Shown here piece by piece: positions 46,635-55,877 of a stretch of DNA of 64,000 nt (position 1 is the first letter of the stretch; each line of letters starts with the position of its first letter). The notes below the pieces were generated by a model. That model saw only the letters and a list, made by a program, of their open reading frames with translations, had not been told where the DNA came from and made no database searches. Origin of the DNA: a virus (lineage: Duplodnaviria > Caudoviricetes); the IMG/VR virus record IMGVR_UViG_3300028833_000118, positions 25,388-89,387 of that record; one strand, 5' to 3'. Made by a program: the position numbers and the translations under genes.

Positions 46635-47135
46635 TTACGGTCGGATTCTTGCCTTTTTCTTGTCTCTGATAATCTCCAACTCGGATATGATCTTTGATAC
46701 CTCTCTCAATTCATCCATGATCTTGTTAAAATCGCCAATCTCATCATCCGATATGACTCCATCAGCCGCGATATCCTGTAGCCCATGCTTAAACCATTGA
46801 ACTGTCTCTTTTCTCAAGATCTTCGTCAACTTCACCGTTGCCCTCTCAATCTCAATGGTCTCATCCGAAATGGGTCTTTTTGATCCGATGGGACATTCAT
46901 GCAGACAATAATAATTGAGCAAAGCAGGATCTTTATATAGGTCGGCCATCAACACGGCTTTATCTACCGGCATCGCCTTTGACAGCCCCAATTCAGCATC
47001 CGCAACAGACGATACCGACATTCCCAAAAGCTCTGCCGCCCCTTCCCGACTGTATAGCCTCTCATCATATTTTGCAGCCCTTATTCTCGCCTCATACCAT
47101 GGATTTCCCACTGCTTTAGTAGCATCACGCCCCAT
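46635..47135 (-). CDS. XRE-HTH phage regulatory protein
   Basis: SREGAAELLGMSVSSVADAELG...YCLHECPIG. Confidence 0.75.
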   Translation of the reverse strand: MGRDATKAVGNPWYEARIRAAKYDERLYSREGAAELLGMSVSSVADAELGLSKAMPVDKAVLMADLYKDPALLNYYCLHECPIGSKRPISDETIEIERATVKLTKILRKETVQWFKHGLQDIAADGVISDDEIGDFNKIMDELREVSKIISELEIIRDKKKARIRP

Positions 47136-47194
47136 TTATTTCCTCCTTGCTTTGATGTACTATACAATCAGTCCGGTGAAACACCTCAAATAAA

Positions 47195-47398
47195 TCACAC
47201 CAAGATCTTTATCCCATCTTCCAACGTCATGTCCAACAATTCACAGACTTTCACAATCTCCTGAGCCGTAAACGGCACGATCCCATTCTCACGAGTACGG
47301 TACTTGGCATAAGTGATATCCAAAGCCTTTGCGAAACTCTTCGCCGTGAAATATCCCGCTCTGCATCTCGCCCTTTTCAACTCATACGTATTCACCAT
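47195..47398 (-). CDS. Cro-like HTH regulator
   Basis: ELKRARCRAG...FAKALDIT...YRTRENG..FTAQEI; divergent from the cI-like gene. Confidence 0.8.
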   Translation of the reverse strand: MVNTYELKRARCRAGYFTAKSFAKALDITYAKYRTRENGIVPFTAQEIVKVCELLDMTLEDGIKILV

Positions 47399-47456
47399 TA
47401 CATTCACCACCTCCCCAGAATTTACTTTCACTGTGTTAACTTTATGTAATGCAACT

Positions 47457-47548
47457 ATAATACCGCATTTCCGTGCATATGTCAATGATTAACGGGCTAT
47501 TTTACTTAAATAAAATTAATTGACATTTGTAACCCCTAATGTTAATAT
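47457..47548. promoter_or_regulatory. Divergent promoters of the lysis/lysogeny switch
   Basis: - strand TTGACA-17-TATTAT (47485 to 47457); + strand TTGACA (47520)-17-TAATAT. Confidence 0.65.
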
Positions 47549-47571
47549 CCACTCAGAAAGGAGAGGGAACA

Positions 47572-47937
47572 ATGCCAAATAAAAAATACAAAGGGAATCA
47601 AGATTTCAACATCGACTGGGATACTTTTCGTTTCAGGCTACAATCCCTCATGGATCGCAGAGGTATCAACAAATCCACACTGGCAAGAGATACCGATCTC
47701 GCATTGAGCACTATCTGTAGATATTTTCTCCATAATGGCACCACACCAGACATTACCGCACTATATCTACTTGCAAACTATTTTGATGTAGAGATCGATT
47801 GGCTCATAGGCCGTTCCGAGGAACGATGGAAAGGACTCTCCCCCATGCAGCAAAAACTCGCTGACCGATACGCAATCCTGACTCCATCCGACAAGCTCAT
47901 CATTGATACCATCATTGAAAAATACGGCAATGATTAA
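47572..47937 (+). CDS. CI-like repressor (XRE HTH)
   Basis: LMDRRGINKSTLARDTDLALSTICRY...LANYFDVEIDWLIGR. Confidence 0.85.
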   Translation: MPNKKYKGNQDFNIDWDTFRFRLQSLMDRRGINKSTLARDTDLALSTICRYFLHNGTTPDITALYLLANYFDVEIDWLIGRSEERWKGLSPMQQKLADRYAILTPSDKLIIDTIIEKYGND

Positions 47938-48259
47938 TTCCGCCATAATAGCAAAAAATGTGCCTCTAACCTCTCGGTTAAAGGCACTAGAAATATGGGT
48001 ATCATCTACAGCAGAAATTACCATTATCACAGAACAATTCGGACCATCACAACCGATTCCGCGACTATCGCTCCCATACCTTGAATCTCTCTGCTGCAAA
48101 TTTTACTTTGGCGGAGTCAATAGGCAGAACGCTATCGCAGATATCCTTCTATTAAATGGCTATCTTCGCCGCAACCAATATGATGATTTCTATTATTGTT
48201 TAAAAAAGACCACCGAGCGTTGCGATCTCACCATTATTTCATCGACCCTATTCCCATAG
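47930..48259 (+). CDS. Hypothetical protein translationally coupled to the repressor
   Basis: ATG overlaps the last codons of cI; fills the gap up to the converging gene. Confidence 0.5.
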   Translation: MINSAIIAKNVPLTSRLKALEIWVSSTAEITIITEQFGPSQPIPRLSLPYLESLCCKFYFGGVNRQNAIADILLLNGYLRRNQYDDFYYCLKKTTERCDLTIISSTLFP

Positions 48260-48398
48260 CTTCTCCAAGCTCATTCATAATATCTTTCGCAATCCATATC
48301 AACGTCGCTCGATCATTCACATCCAAATCGGCCCTATCCAAAACCGAAATGATAGCCCTGCACTTCTCATAACATTCTTCCATTTTATTCAGGTCCAT
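48234..48398 (-). CDS. Hypothetical protein
   Basis: RBS GGAGGG, MDLNKMEEC... Confidence 0.6.
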   Translation of the reverse strand: MDLNKMEECYEKCRAIISVLDRADLDVNDRATLIWIAKDIMNELGEAMGIGSMK

Positions 48399-48447
48399 TT
48401 CTATCCCTCCAATTTTTAAATCACCATCCGGCGGTAAATAATATACA

Positions 48448-48657
48448 CTAATTGCAACGAAGGTTTTTGTCGCTTTCTGCCGAAACCTGATTTTTAACCC
48501 ATTCCTCCAATCCAGATCTTGCAATCAACGTTCTCTTTCCTACCTTGAACGCAGGGAAATCCGATCTCTTCATCAACTGATACACAACCGGGCGAGAAAC
48601 ACCCAAAACCGCTGCTGTCTCACTCACATTCAATGCCATCTTTTCATTTACGTTCAT
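48448..48657 (-). CDS. xis: Excisionase (MerR-like HTH)
   Basis: ALNVSETAAVLGVSRPVVYQL...FPAFKVGKRTLI; divergent from int. Confidence 0.85.
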   Translation of the reverse strand: MNVNEKMALNVSETAAVLGVSRPVVYQLMKRSDFPAFKVGKRTLIARSGLEEWVKNQVSAESDKNLRCN

Positions 48658-48755
48658 AAACTAACATCACCTTTAATAAATATTTAAACATAATATACAC
48701 TTGTACTTGCTTTATGTCAAATTTTTTTATTCGGATAAACAAAGGGGCGTAAACA

Positions 48756-50021
48756 ATGGCTCGCAGAGCAAAAAACGAAGGAACTATCTATAAAAAGACC
48801 ATAATCCGAAACGGGAAAGAATACACCTACTGGGAATCTCAGGTCACGATAGGCTATGATCCCGGTACGGGAAAACGAATCCGAAAAACATATACCGGCA
48901 ACACTCAAAAAGAAGTACGGGTCAAAATGCAACATTCTTCTCTTGACATTGAGAATGAAGATTATATTGAGCCATCAAAAATGACACTTGCCGAATGGAT
49001 GGACGCATGGCTTTCCGAACACACTCCACATGTCAAGCCACAATCGCGGCGGCTATACAAGATCCAATGCGATTCCCACATAAAACCATCCATCGGCAAT
49101 ATCAAACTGTCCGAACTCACAACGAAAACAATCCAACACCTCTACAACAATCTTGCCTCCGGCGGGAATGTAAAACAAACAAAGAACCCAGACGGCACCC
49201 CTTTAGAAACACGATTGCCACTATCTCCCACAACGGTAAAGAACATCTCCACTACATTGTCCGCATGTCTTAATACTGCCGTAGAACTTGGATATATAAA
49301 AAACAACCCCGCAAGCAAAGCGAAAAGCCCTAAACTAATAAAAAAAGAACAAACTCCATTGACTAACGAACAGATCCGAAAATTCTTGGAATTAATCGAA
49401 ACAGATCCATACAAAAACATATTCAAACTCATCCTGTTTACTGGCCTACGCCGCGGTGAAGCTCTTGGCCTGACATGGGATAGTATCAACATCACAAATC
49501 GCACACTAACCATAAACAAACAACTCAGGTACCTTCCATCCGAATCAGGCAGCTACACCCTCGGCCTTCCAAAACGCGACAAAATTCGCATCCTATCGAT
49601 TCCTCAATCCATCATCGATATTTTACTTGACGAAAAGATCATCCAAGAACAGAACAAATTGGACGCAGGGCCACTATGGTCTGGATATAAAGACGATGCC
49701 GAACGAGAAACATCTTTAATCTTTACATCCAAACTCGGCACCCCCATTGATTTCGGTACCCTACATAAACATTACAAAAACATCGTCAAAACTATGGGCA
49801 TCCCAGATAGCCACATCCACCAACTCAGACACACATACGCCGTCCTATCGATCCAAAACGGAGACGATATCAAAACAATCCAAAACAACTTAGGCCACGC
49901 CTCTGCCGCTTTCACACTCGACATTTACGGTCACACGACAGACAAGATGAAAGAAGAGGCTGCCAATCGGATGCAAACCTTCATAGAAAAAATGACGAGA
50001 GAGAACGATAATGACGAATGA
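48756..50021 (+). CDS. int: Tyrosine recombinase/integrase
   Basis: N-terminal arm-binding NEGTIY; TGLRRGE, HQLRHT, LGHAS..FTLDIYGH (R-H-R-H-Y). Confidence 0.96.
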   Translation: MARRAKNEGTIYKKTIIRNGKEYTYWESQVTIGYDPGTGKRIRKTYTGNTQKEVRVKMQHSSLDIENEDYIEPSKMTLAEWMDAWLSEHTPHVKPQSRRLYKIQCDSHIKPSIGNIKLSELTTKTIQHLYNNLASGGNVKQTKNPDGTPLETRLPLSPTTVKNISTTLSACLNTAVELGYIKNNPASKAKSPKLIKKEQTPLTNEQIRKFLELIETDPYKNIFKLILFTGLRRGEALGLTWDSINITNRTLTINKQLRYLPSESGSYTLGLPKRDKIRILSIPQSIIDILLDEKIIQEQNKLDAGPLWSGYKDDAERETSLIFTSKLGTPIDFGTLHKHYKNIVKTMGIPDSHIHQLRHTYAVLSIQNGDDIKTIQNNLGHASAAFTLDIYGHTTDKMKEEAANRMQTFIEKMTRENDNDE

Positions 50022-50031
50022 TCGTGCATCT

Positions 50032-50291
50032 TTTTTCTGCCAATTTTTCTGCCAATATCTTTCTCACTCATTAACGATTATTACCACATTCACGGTGTTT
50101 TCCTATGAAAATGACGGTATTTTACACGATTTTCACCCATACATACAAAAATTTATTTTATGTATTGTCTCCTGATTTCTCTCAGATTTGTTCTAAAAAC
50201 ACGACGTTTTTGATGAAATATCCCACAATTACATATAAAAAATGATGGCAGAAAACCCGACCTCCTGAGTTTTCTGCCATTTTTTCTGCCA
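50032..50291. mobile_element. Putative intact attP with arm-type sites
   Basis: Five TTTTCTGCCA copies: direct pair 50032/50044, inverted 50246, direct pair 50270/50281, flanking an AT-rich imperfect palindrome at 50139-50165. Confidence 0.65.
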
Positions 50292-50300
50292 CAAGATTTT

Positions 50301-50582
50301 TTATTCGCTTTTTTCCCCTGCTTTTTCCTCTACAGGCCCAGATTCCTCCACGGCCTTACTTATGGACAGCTCAAGGCCGAAAGCATCCAAGAACGCGAGA
50401 AATACAGACAATCTTATCGATCCACTTTTCACCATTTTAAAGAAAGACTGTCTCGATAACGGCTTATCATTTTTTACGATCCTTGATGCGGCTTGGGCAT
50501 AAGTCGTTCCAGCGAACTCCATACATTTATCTACGAGAACCGATGCCTTTTCCGAATAATCCACGCCCCGCACTCCCTTCAC
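50301..50582 (-). CDS. Hypothetical HTH-like protein
   Basis: YAQAASRI...LSRQSFFKMVKSGSIRLSVF. Confidence 0.65.
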   Translation of the reverse strand: MKGVRGVDYSEKASVLVDKCMEFAGTTYAQAASRIVKNDKPLSRQSFFKMVKSGSIRLSVFLAFLDAFGLELSISKAVEESGPVEEKAGEKSE

Positions 50583-50611
50583 TCTTTTATTTATTATAAT
50601 TCAAAAGCCGA

Positions 50612-50986
50612 TTAAGTGTCAAGGCATCCAACATCTGACCACGCCTTGTAAATCTTTGGCCCTTGAATAGCAACCCAATCTACCATCTCTTCATCCTCAC
50701 AATATGATCCACTCATACAATGGGCATTTGCCATCATTCCACTCTCGGCAAAAAACGCATGGACAATCTCATGCCTCAAAGTCTGTCTCTCGCTAGCCCT
50801 CTTTGTTTCCTCAAACTCATGCTCCCACCCTTTGTAGGTGTCCATATCACAGACAACGATCTTTTTTATCATTCCATCGCAATAACCATCTATCCCGCGA
50901 CGCTCAAACGCTTCATCCTCATCATACTTTTTACGCTCGATCACATACGTTGTTCCCAATACATTGACTTTCTTTGCGAACGCCAT
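50612..50986 (-). CDS. Zincin-like HExxH protein
   Basis: TLRHEIVHAFFAESG...DEEMVDW. Confidence 0.75.
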   Translation of the reverse strand: MAFAKKVNVLGTTYVIERKKYDEDEAFERRGIDGYCDGMIKKIVVCDMDTYKGWEHEFEETKRASERQTLRHEIVHAFFAESGMMANAHCMSGSYCEDEEMVDWVAIQGPKIYKAWSDVGCLDT

Positions 50987-51000
50987 TTGTATCCTCCAAT

Positions 51001-51408
51001 TTAACAGAAATACATATTTACCCGCCTGTCAGCGCAATGCTTGAACATCTTTTTCCAATGTTCGAGCATATTGTATGGCTCCATCTGACCATAATTTTTT
51101 CCGATAAAATCCATCTGCAGATCCTTTATGGCATTGTAGATTCTCCGACACTCTTTTGGCGTGAACTTCCCATCACAATCTGAATGGAACAACCATAAAT
51201 CCAAATCTTCATTACAATGCTCATTCCAATACTCGATCTCTTCATCGGGAACGTCCAACCCTAAATACTCTCGCTGTTCAAATGTTCTTCCCATCTTTTC
51301 CCCATACGCCTTATACGCCAGATTTCGGAGAAAATTTCCATAGGTCAAATAACCACAAGAAAAAGAATCCGCATCATCCAATCCCTTTGCACGCACATCA
51401 AGCCCCAT
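51001..51408 (-). CDS. Hypothetical protein
   Basis: MGLDV...FHSDCDGKFTPKEC. Confidence 0.8.
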   Translation of the reverse strand: MGLDVRAKGLDDADSFSCGYLTYGNFLRNLAYKAYGEKMGRTFEQREYLGLDVPDEEIEYWNEHCNEDLDLWLFHSDCDGKFTPKECRRIYNAIKDLQMDFIGKNYGQMEPYNMLEHWKKMFKHCADRRVNMYFC

Positions 51409-51583
51409 CTACAATTACCTCCACTTTATCCGTCGGGCAGACAATTGAATGTTCGATATAATACTTGTCCACCTCTTCAATATAAGTTAACTCAAAGTGC
51501 AAACCATCACTCCACACACGAACAATCTCCGGTGGGATATATACCCTATCATTGATTCTATAATACAACTCTTTGAACTTCAT
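51398..51583 (-). CDS. Hypothetical protein
   Basis: Tiles. Confidence 0.55.
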   Translation of the reverse strand: MKFKELYYRINDRVYIPPEIVRVWSDGLHFELTYIEEVDKYYIEHSIVCPTDKVEVIVDGA

Positions 51584-51954
51584 ATAACATCTCCAACAAT
51601 CTCCAACACGATTTTGCCGACTATTTTGCTTCCCATGGGTTGCATCTCGAACGTACTCTGGGTTGCATATGCATCTTTTATTCGATAACGCCCATATCTA
51701 ACCACCGGTTTCTTTCCCACATTCAACACTAACGAATTAAGATCCACCACATCTTTAAGGTCAACATACGTTATGGGCTCCCGATGGATTTTTCCATCTA
51801 TATCTCGGTAGGTAGAGTCGGATTCATTTTTGCCTAAACAAACATCCACATTCTTTTTCCTTTGACTTCTCGGCTCTCCACAAGCAAGGCATTCATCCGA
51901 CCATGCCGGGATAAAAGCCCCACACTTCTTACAATACCCATTTCCTTCTACCAT
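51580..51954 (-). CDS. Zn-ribbon hypothetical protein
   Basis: CKKCG...CLACG. Confidence 0.65.
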   Translation of the reverse strand: MVEGNGYCKKCGAFIPAWSDECLACGEPRSQRKKNVDVCLGKNESDSTYRDIDGKIHREPITYVDLKDVVDLNSLVLNVGKKPVVRYGRYRIKDAYATQSTFEMQPMGSKIVGKIVLEIVGDVI

Positions 51955-52241
51955 AACGTTTCCTGCCCCTCACATTCTTCTATCTCTTTGGGCCTCTGGG
52001 AATGTTTTACAAACCATATTCCCTTCGGCCCATCATATTCCTTATTAAACAATCCACACGCCACATTTCTCTTCACCCAATCCGTCGCCTCAGACATACT
52101 CAAGCCGTAACACCTACATTTATAATATGTCTTATCATAGAACCTCTTTACCAGATTGGAACACTCCCCACATTTATGCCCTTCACACACACCAAATTTA
52201 AGATGCATAAGGTCTATCTTTCGGATCATGTTCTCCCTCAT
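51948..52241 (-). CDS. Cys-rich hypothetical protein
   Basis: CGECSN...KCRCYG..SEATDW. Confidence 0.7.
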   Translation of the reverse strand: MRENMIRKIDLMHLKFGVCEGHKCGECSNLVKRFYDKTYYKCRCYGLSMSEATDWVKRNVACGLFNKEYDGPKGIWFVKHSQRPKEIEECEGQETLW

Positions 52242-52500
52242 ACCATCCTATCGAAACCTCTCCGGTTACGCTGTTCTTCCAGATCTCTACCGTACAATTT
52301 TCATGGATCTCTTCGATATCATAGATTCCGCTTGACTCCGGGTGAATCAACATATCGAGCGCCTGCGCCGCGGCCAATTTCAGTGTCTTTGCCCCGCACC
52401 CCTTATCAGAATACTCGCAGACCCCACAACCACCACTTTCTTCGGCACAATACCTCAAACGCTCCACCAACATTTCATATTGATTAAGAGCATCATTCAT
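52198..52500 (-). CDS. Hypothetical protein
   Basis: Tiles. Confidence 0.65.
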   Translation of the reverse strand: MNDALNQYEMLVERLRYCAEESGGCGVCEYSDKGCGAKTLKLAAAQALDMLIHPESSGIYDIEEIHENCTVEIWKNSVTGEVSIGWYEGEHDPKDRPYAS

Positions 52501-52904
52501 ACGCCAGTGCTCCCGAAACCAGATTCCCCACGCTCTGTTTCCTCAAATTCTGTGACCCACTCCATTTTCGGAAATAAGCACGGCAAAATAACAATCTGAG
52601 TCACCTTATCCCCCTTTTTGAACTCAATAGGTTCATCACTATGGTTAAACAGAACAGGAAAAATCTCCCCCGTATACCCGCAATCTATCGTACCTCTGCA
52701 CGTCAGGCCCTTCGCCATCAATCCAGATTTGCTTGTCAACAGGCCGACACACCCATCCGGTATCTCTATATGAACCCCGGTTCTCACCTTTACGAAACCA
52801 TGCGGATGAACCGTAATATCTTCCATGCAACACAGATCCAATCCAGCATCCGTCGCATGAGCTCTTTTGGGAATTACGGCTCCATTGTCAATCATTACTT
52901 TCAT
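52497..52904 (-). CDS. dut: Trimeric dUTPase
   Basis: DAGLDL, SKSG, GTIDCGYTGE, GDKVTQ, RGESGFGSTG (motifs I-V). Confidence 0.95.
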   Translation of the reverse strand: MKVMIDNGAVIPKRAHATDAGLDLCCMEDITVHPHGFVKVRTGVHIEIPDGCVGLLTSKSGLMAKGLTCRGTIDCGYTGEIFPVLFNHSDEPIEFKKGDKVTQIVILPCLFPKMEWVTEFEETERGESGFGSTGV

Positions 52905-53196
52905 TTTTACTCGCCTTTCCGTTTGCAGAATTTTTATATCTCCGAGGCAGATCCAATACTGTAATCAGAACTTCGCCAGAAAAAACCCACACTTTTTCTG
53001 ACCAAACCTTTATATTGTCCGCCTCTTCATCATAATGGTAATACATGCCATCCAAATATCTCCGAAGCGATCCGCTAAACTCACATCTTCCTATCCCCTC
53101 TTTCAAGGCCCGATCCGCGAGTTTATCTACCGCTTTCCTCTTCACTCCGATCCTCTTTCTGATTCGGAGCTCCCCATGATTCGTTACTCTCGCCAA
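52888..53196 (-). CDS. Hypothetical protein
   Basis: VTNHGELRIRKRIG...LITVL (RelE-like fold possible, unproven). Confidence 0.7.
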   Translation of the reverse strand: MARVTNHGELRIRKRIGVKRKAVDKLADRALKEGIGRCEFSGSLRRYLDGMYYHYDEEADNIKVWSEKVWVFSGEVLITVLDLPRRYKNSANGKASKNESND

Positions 53197-53292
53197 TTTC
53201 CCCTCCTATGATTTCATACGGGCAACCGCAAAAATATAGGCAACGCCCATCATCGGTTTTATCCTGACACTCTTTGCAATTCATGATTCACC

Positions 53293-53511
53293 TCATATCG
53301 GTAACTCATATTCGTCGGCATTTAGGCTCGTCTCTTTAATGACGAACCCATTGACTAACTTATGCATACAATCGAACGTCGTTTTCTCCGCCGTACTTCC
53401 TTCATGATACCAAACAAACGCGCCATCATCGGTAATCCTCTTGATTTTCCCAATTTCATACCGATCTCCATTGACATATACAATATAATCTCCCGGCTTG
53501 AACTCAATCAT
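53293..53511 (-). CDS. Hypothetical KOW-like protein
   Basis: FKPGDYIVY. Confidence 0.7.
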   Translation of the reverse strand: MIEFKPGDYIVYVNGDRYEIGKIKRITDDGAFVWYHEGSTAEKTTFDCMHKLVNGFVIKETSLNADEYELPI

Positions 53512-53860
53512 CGATCAACACCACATTTGCACTATGGGTAAGATACGTTACCCCATCGATTTTCACCTGAATCTGGTCCCCATCTTCAAAATCTTTCCAC
53601 GATTCCACTTTTCCTTCAATCACTTCCCCATTTGGCATTGCGATAACCGCACGATCAAAATTCCAATGCGTATCAACCATCTGCACATTGCATCCAGAAA
53701 ACATGATTGCGAAAATCGAAACAAAAAGAATAACGATTAATCCCCAAACCAAAAACTTGTTCATTCTAAAAGCCCTCCCATTCAACAATAGATTTTCAAA
53801 TATAAACCATCCGAAATAAAACCCCACAAGCAAAACGGGGACCAAGAGATAATGTATCAT
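53504..53860 (-). CDS. Membrane or lipoprotein-like hypothetical protein
   Basis: Two hydrophobic segments ending FSGC; VDTHWNFDRA. Confidence 0.7.
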   Translation of the reverse strand: MIHYLLVPVLLVGFYFGWFIFENLLLNGRAFRMNKFLVWGLIVILFVSIFAIMFSGCNVQMVDTHWNFDRAVIAMPNGEVIEGKVESWKDFEDGDQIQVKIDGVTYLTHSANVVLIDD

Positions 53861-53971
53861 TCATCATCCTCCGCTTCTGTTCTTGCCATCAAAAACAATG
53901 CTGCGAACAAAACGATCCACCACTTCCCAAATTTGTACGCCAACACCGCCATCACCGCGACCACGAACGCA

Positions 53972-54226
53972 TTATATGTGAGTACCATCATCATTCTCGA
54001 TGCACCTCTCACCGATATCTTTTTCAAACTCGGCATATAACAGAGGATATGTTGTTTCATTGCTCGGCACATACAATGTTCTGATAATCATATTCCATCC
54101 ATCCGCCAACGCATGATTTACCTCATCATCAAAGACATTGGATCTCTCGATTCTTTCCCAAACGGTTTTTATCTGTTTCAATAGTCTTCCTCCCCCATTA
54201 CATGAGTACAGATATCTTTCGCACAA
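53972..54226 (-). CDS. Hypothetical protein
   Basis: FDDEVNHALADGW; true start probably further downstream. Confidence 0.55.
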   Translation of the reverse strand: MCERYLYSCNGGGRLLKQIKTVWERIERSNVFDDEVNHALADGWNMIIRTLYVPSNETTYPLLYAEFEKDIGERCIENDDGTHI

Positions 54227-54510
54227 CAGCTCTCACATTCCCATTCTGACGGTTCCCAACACTTCCATCCCAGAGCCACCAGAGCCCGTCTATCTTCATC
54301 ATCATCCCAATCCATCTCGCTATATCCCTTATAGCAAGAATCCAATTCAGGGACACGGCGGGCCGTTATATTGACGAATTCCACATCTTCGCACGCATCC
54401 GTCCACATCGCACGGCTTCTCGCTTTACCCGCCGTCTCCGCAAATACCACGGTAGAATAAAACGACTCCAACTTATCCCGGCAAACATACGCTTTCATAA
54501 CGACAACCAC
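54178..54510 (-). CDS. Hypothetical protein
   Basis: VVFAETAGKARS. Confidence 0.75.
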   Translation of the reverse strand: MVVVMKAYVCRDKLESFYSTVVFAETAGKARSRAMWTDACEDVEFVNITARRVPELDSCYKGYSEMDWDDDEDRRALVALGWKCWEPSEWECESCCAKDICTHVMGEEDY

Positions 54511-54749
54511 TTTTTCGTTTCCAATTCCGGGTGCTCATCCATCCACTTGATATCTTCGAGGAGCCACCTATACGCCTGTAAATAATCCCGAGCAACACAT
54601 TTTATTTCTGTTTCCCCATATTTCGCTTCGACCGACACGCCACATTCTTTTCTCTCCCAAGCGGGTCCTTTTGAGGCATACTCTTTCTTGATTTCCACCC
54701 CTCGGCGCAGACATTCTTTTCTCAGTCGTTTGGCAATTTTAGCTCGCAT
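54495..54749 (-). CDS. Hypothetical protein
   Basis: Tiles. Confidence 0.7.
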   Translation of the reverse strand: MRAKIAKRLRKECLRRGVEIKKEYASKGPAWERKECGVSVEAKYGETEIKCVARDYLQAYRWLLEDIKWMDEHPELETKKWLSL

Positions 54750-54960
54750 TTTCCACCATCCTATTCCATGCCTCTATCGCGGCCTCTTTACTTCCCAAAT
54801 ACTCCACTCGAACTTTTTTCATATCCTTATGAATTCCATCATTCATCTTTGCTCTGGCGCATCCGCATTCCCATCCATAATCCGCCCGATCATACCGATC
54901 ATACATATGGATCGCCACAGCTTTCCCTCCACACTCAGGGCAATCTTTAATTTCCATCAT
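54739..54960 (-). CDS. Lar-like Zn-ribbon protein
   Basis: IKDCPECGGKA...EAAIEAWN. Confidence 0.7.
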   Translation of the reverse strand: MMEIKDCPECGGKAVAIHMYDRYDRADYGWECGCARAKMNDGIHKDMKKVRVEYLGSKEAAIEAWNRMVENAS

Positions 54961-55256
54961 CTATCTCTCTCCCTATAATCCTGACACGGATATTCGCTTT
55001 TCAAACGATCCTCAAGACTTTCATACGGGCAATCCAGAACACGAGCTTCGGCAAGATGGGCGAGACAATACACACTGTCATCGGCACACAACCCTTGCGC
55101 TCGGCAGAACAACTCTCTCACCCACTCTTCGCAACCATCATCTTTTTCCGGCTGTTCAAAATCTACTTCTCCATTGTGCTTCCAACAATGGCCATAATCG
55201 TCGATCTCTTCTCCATCTCCACCGTAATAGCAGTTGTAACAGGTATGTTTCATCAA
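54957..55256 (-). CDS. Cys-rich hypothetical protein
   Basis: Tiles. Confidence 0.6.
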   Translation of the reverse strand: MMKHTCYNCYYGGDGEEIDDYGHCWKHNGEVDFEQPEKDDGCEEWVRELFCRAQGLCADDSVYCLAHLAEARVLDCPYESLEDRLKSEYPCQDYRERDR

Positions 55257-55262
55257 CTCACC

Positions 55263-55877
55263 TCAATCCATCCCATTGTACATAGACTTTGACAAATCAT
55301 CGGCAGATACTACACCCATCTCCGAAATGGCCTGCAATAACTTCACCTTTGAATCTCTGCAGAGGAAATACCCATACCTCGCATACCGCAACACTCTCTC
55401 AAACGTAGAGGCGGGTTTTACAAGGTTTTCATCGATCACCAACCTTTTCAAGAACAGATCTTCAAAGAACTTCGGGTGCATGATGATCCAAAATTCCACC
55501 TCATCCTGATCCACGAGGCCCATAGCGATCTTCGTAATTGTAAAATCGAACTGCGAAATCACTTCTTCCGGCGGTCCAAAAATATAATGAATTAACTCGA
55601 TCAACGCGCCATCTTCTTTATATCGGAAAGCCTCTACTTTATCCGAGGAATAGGCGAACTCCCATTTGGGCGATGTTCTCATATATGTTAAAGCATAGGC
55701 ATAATCCTCATAACTTTCAAAGAACATATCATAATCTTTGACCTTTTCCCCGGTGAACAATCTCTTGAAACATCCTCCGGCTATATACCCCTTGTGCCCA
55801 AACAGATACCGCTTGACCACATTTAACTGCGGGTAATTTTCGACCTCTCCATCAATAAACTTATCTTCCATTACCAT
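55263..55877 (-). CDS. Minimal CCA/poly(A) polymerase-like nucleotidyltransferase
   Basis: YIAGGCFKR, KDYDMFF (DxD), FDFTITKIA, RVLRYARYG. Confidence 0.7.
   Translation of the reverse strand: MVMEDKFIDGEVENYPQLNVVKRYLFGHKGYIAGGCFKRLFTGEKVKDYDMFFESYEDYAYALTYMRTSPKWEFAYSSDKVEAFRYKEDGALIELIHYIFGPPEEVISQFDFTITKIAMGLVDQDEVEFWIIMHPKFFEDLFLKRLVIDENLVKPASTFERVLRYARYGYFLCRDSKVKLLQAISEMGVVSADDLSKSMYNGMD

Noticed and set aside
50022-50300. Prophage boundary (attL/attR) after the integrase
   Set aside because: Genes on both sides are phage-like and arm repeats flank both sides of the core, which fits attP better.
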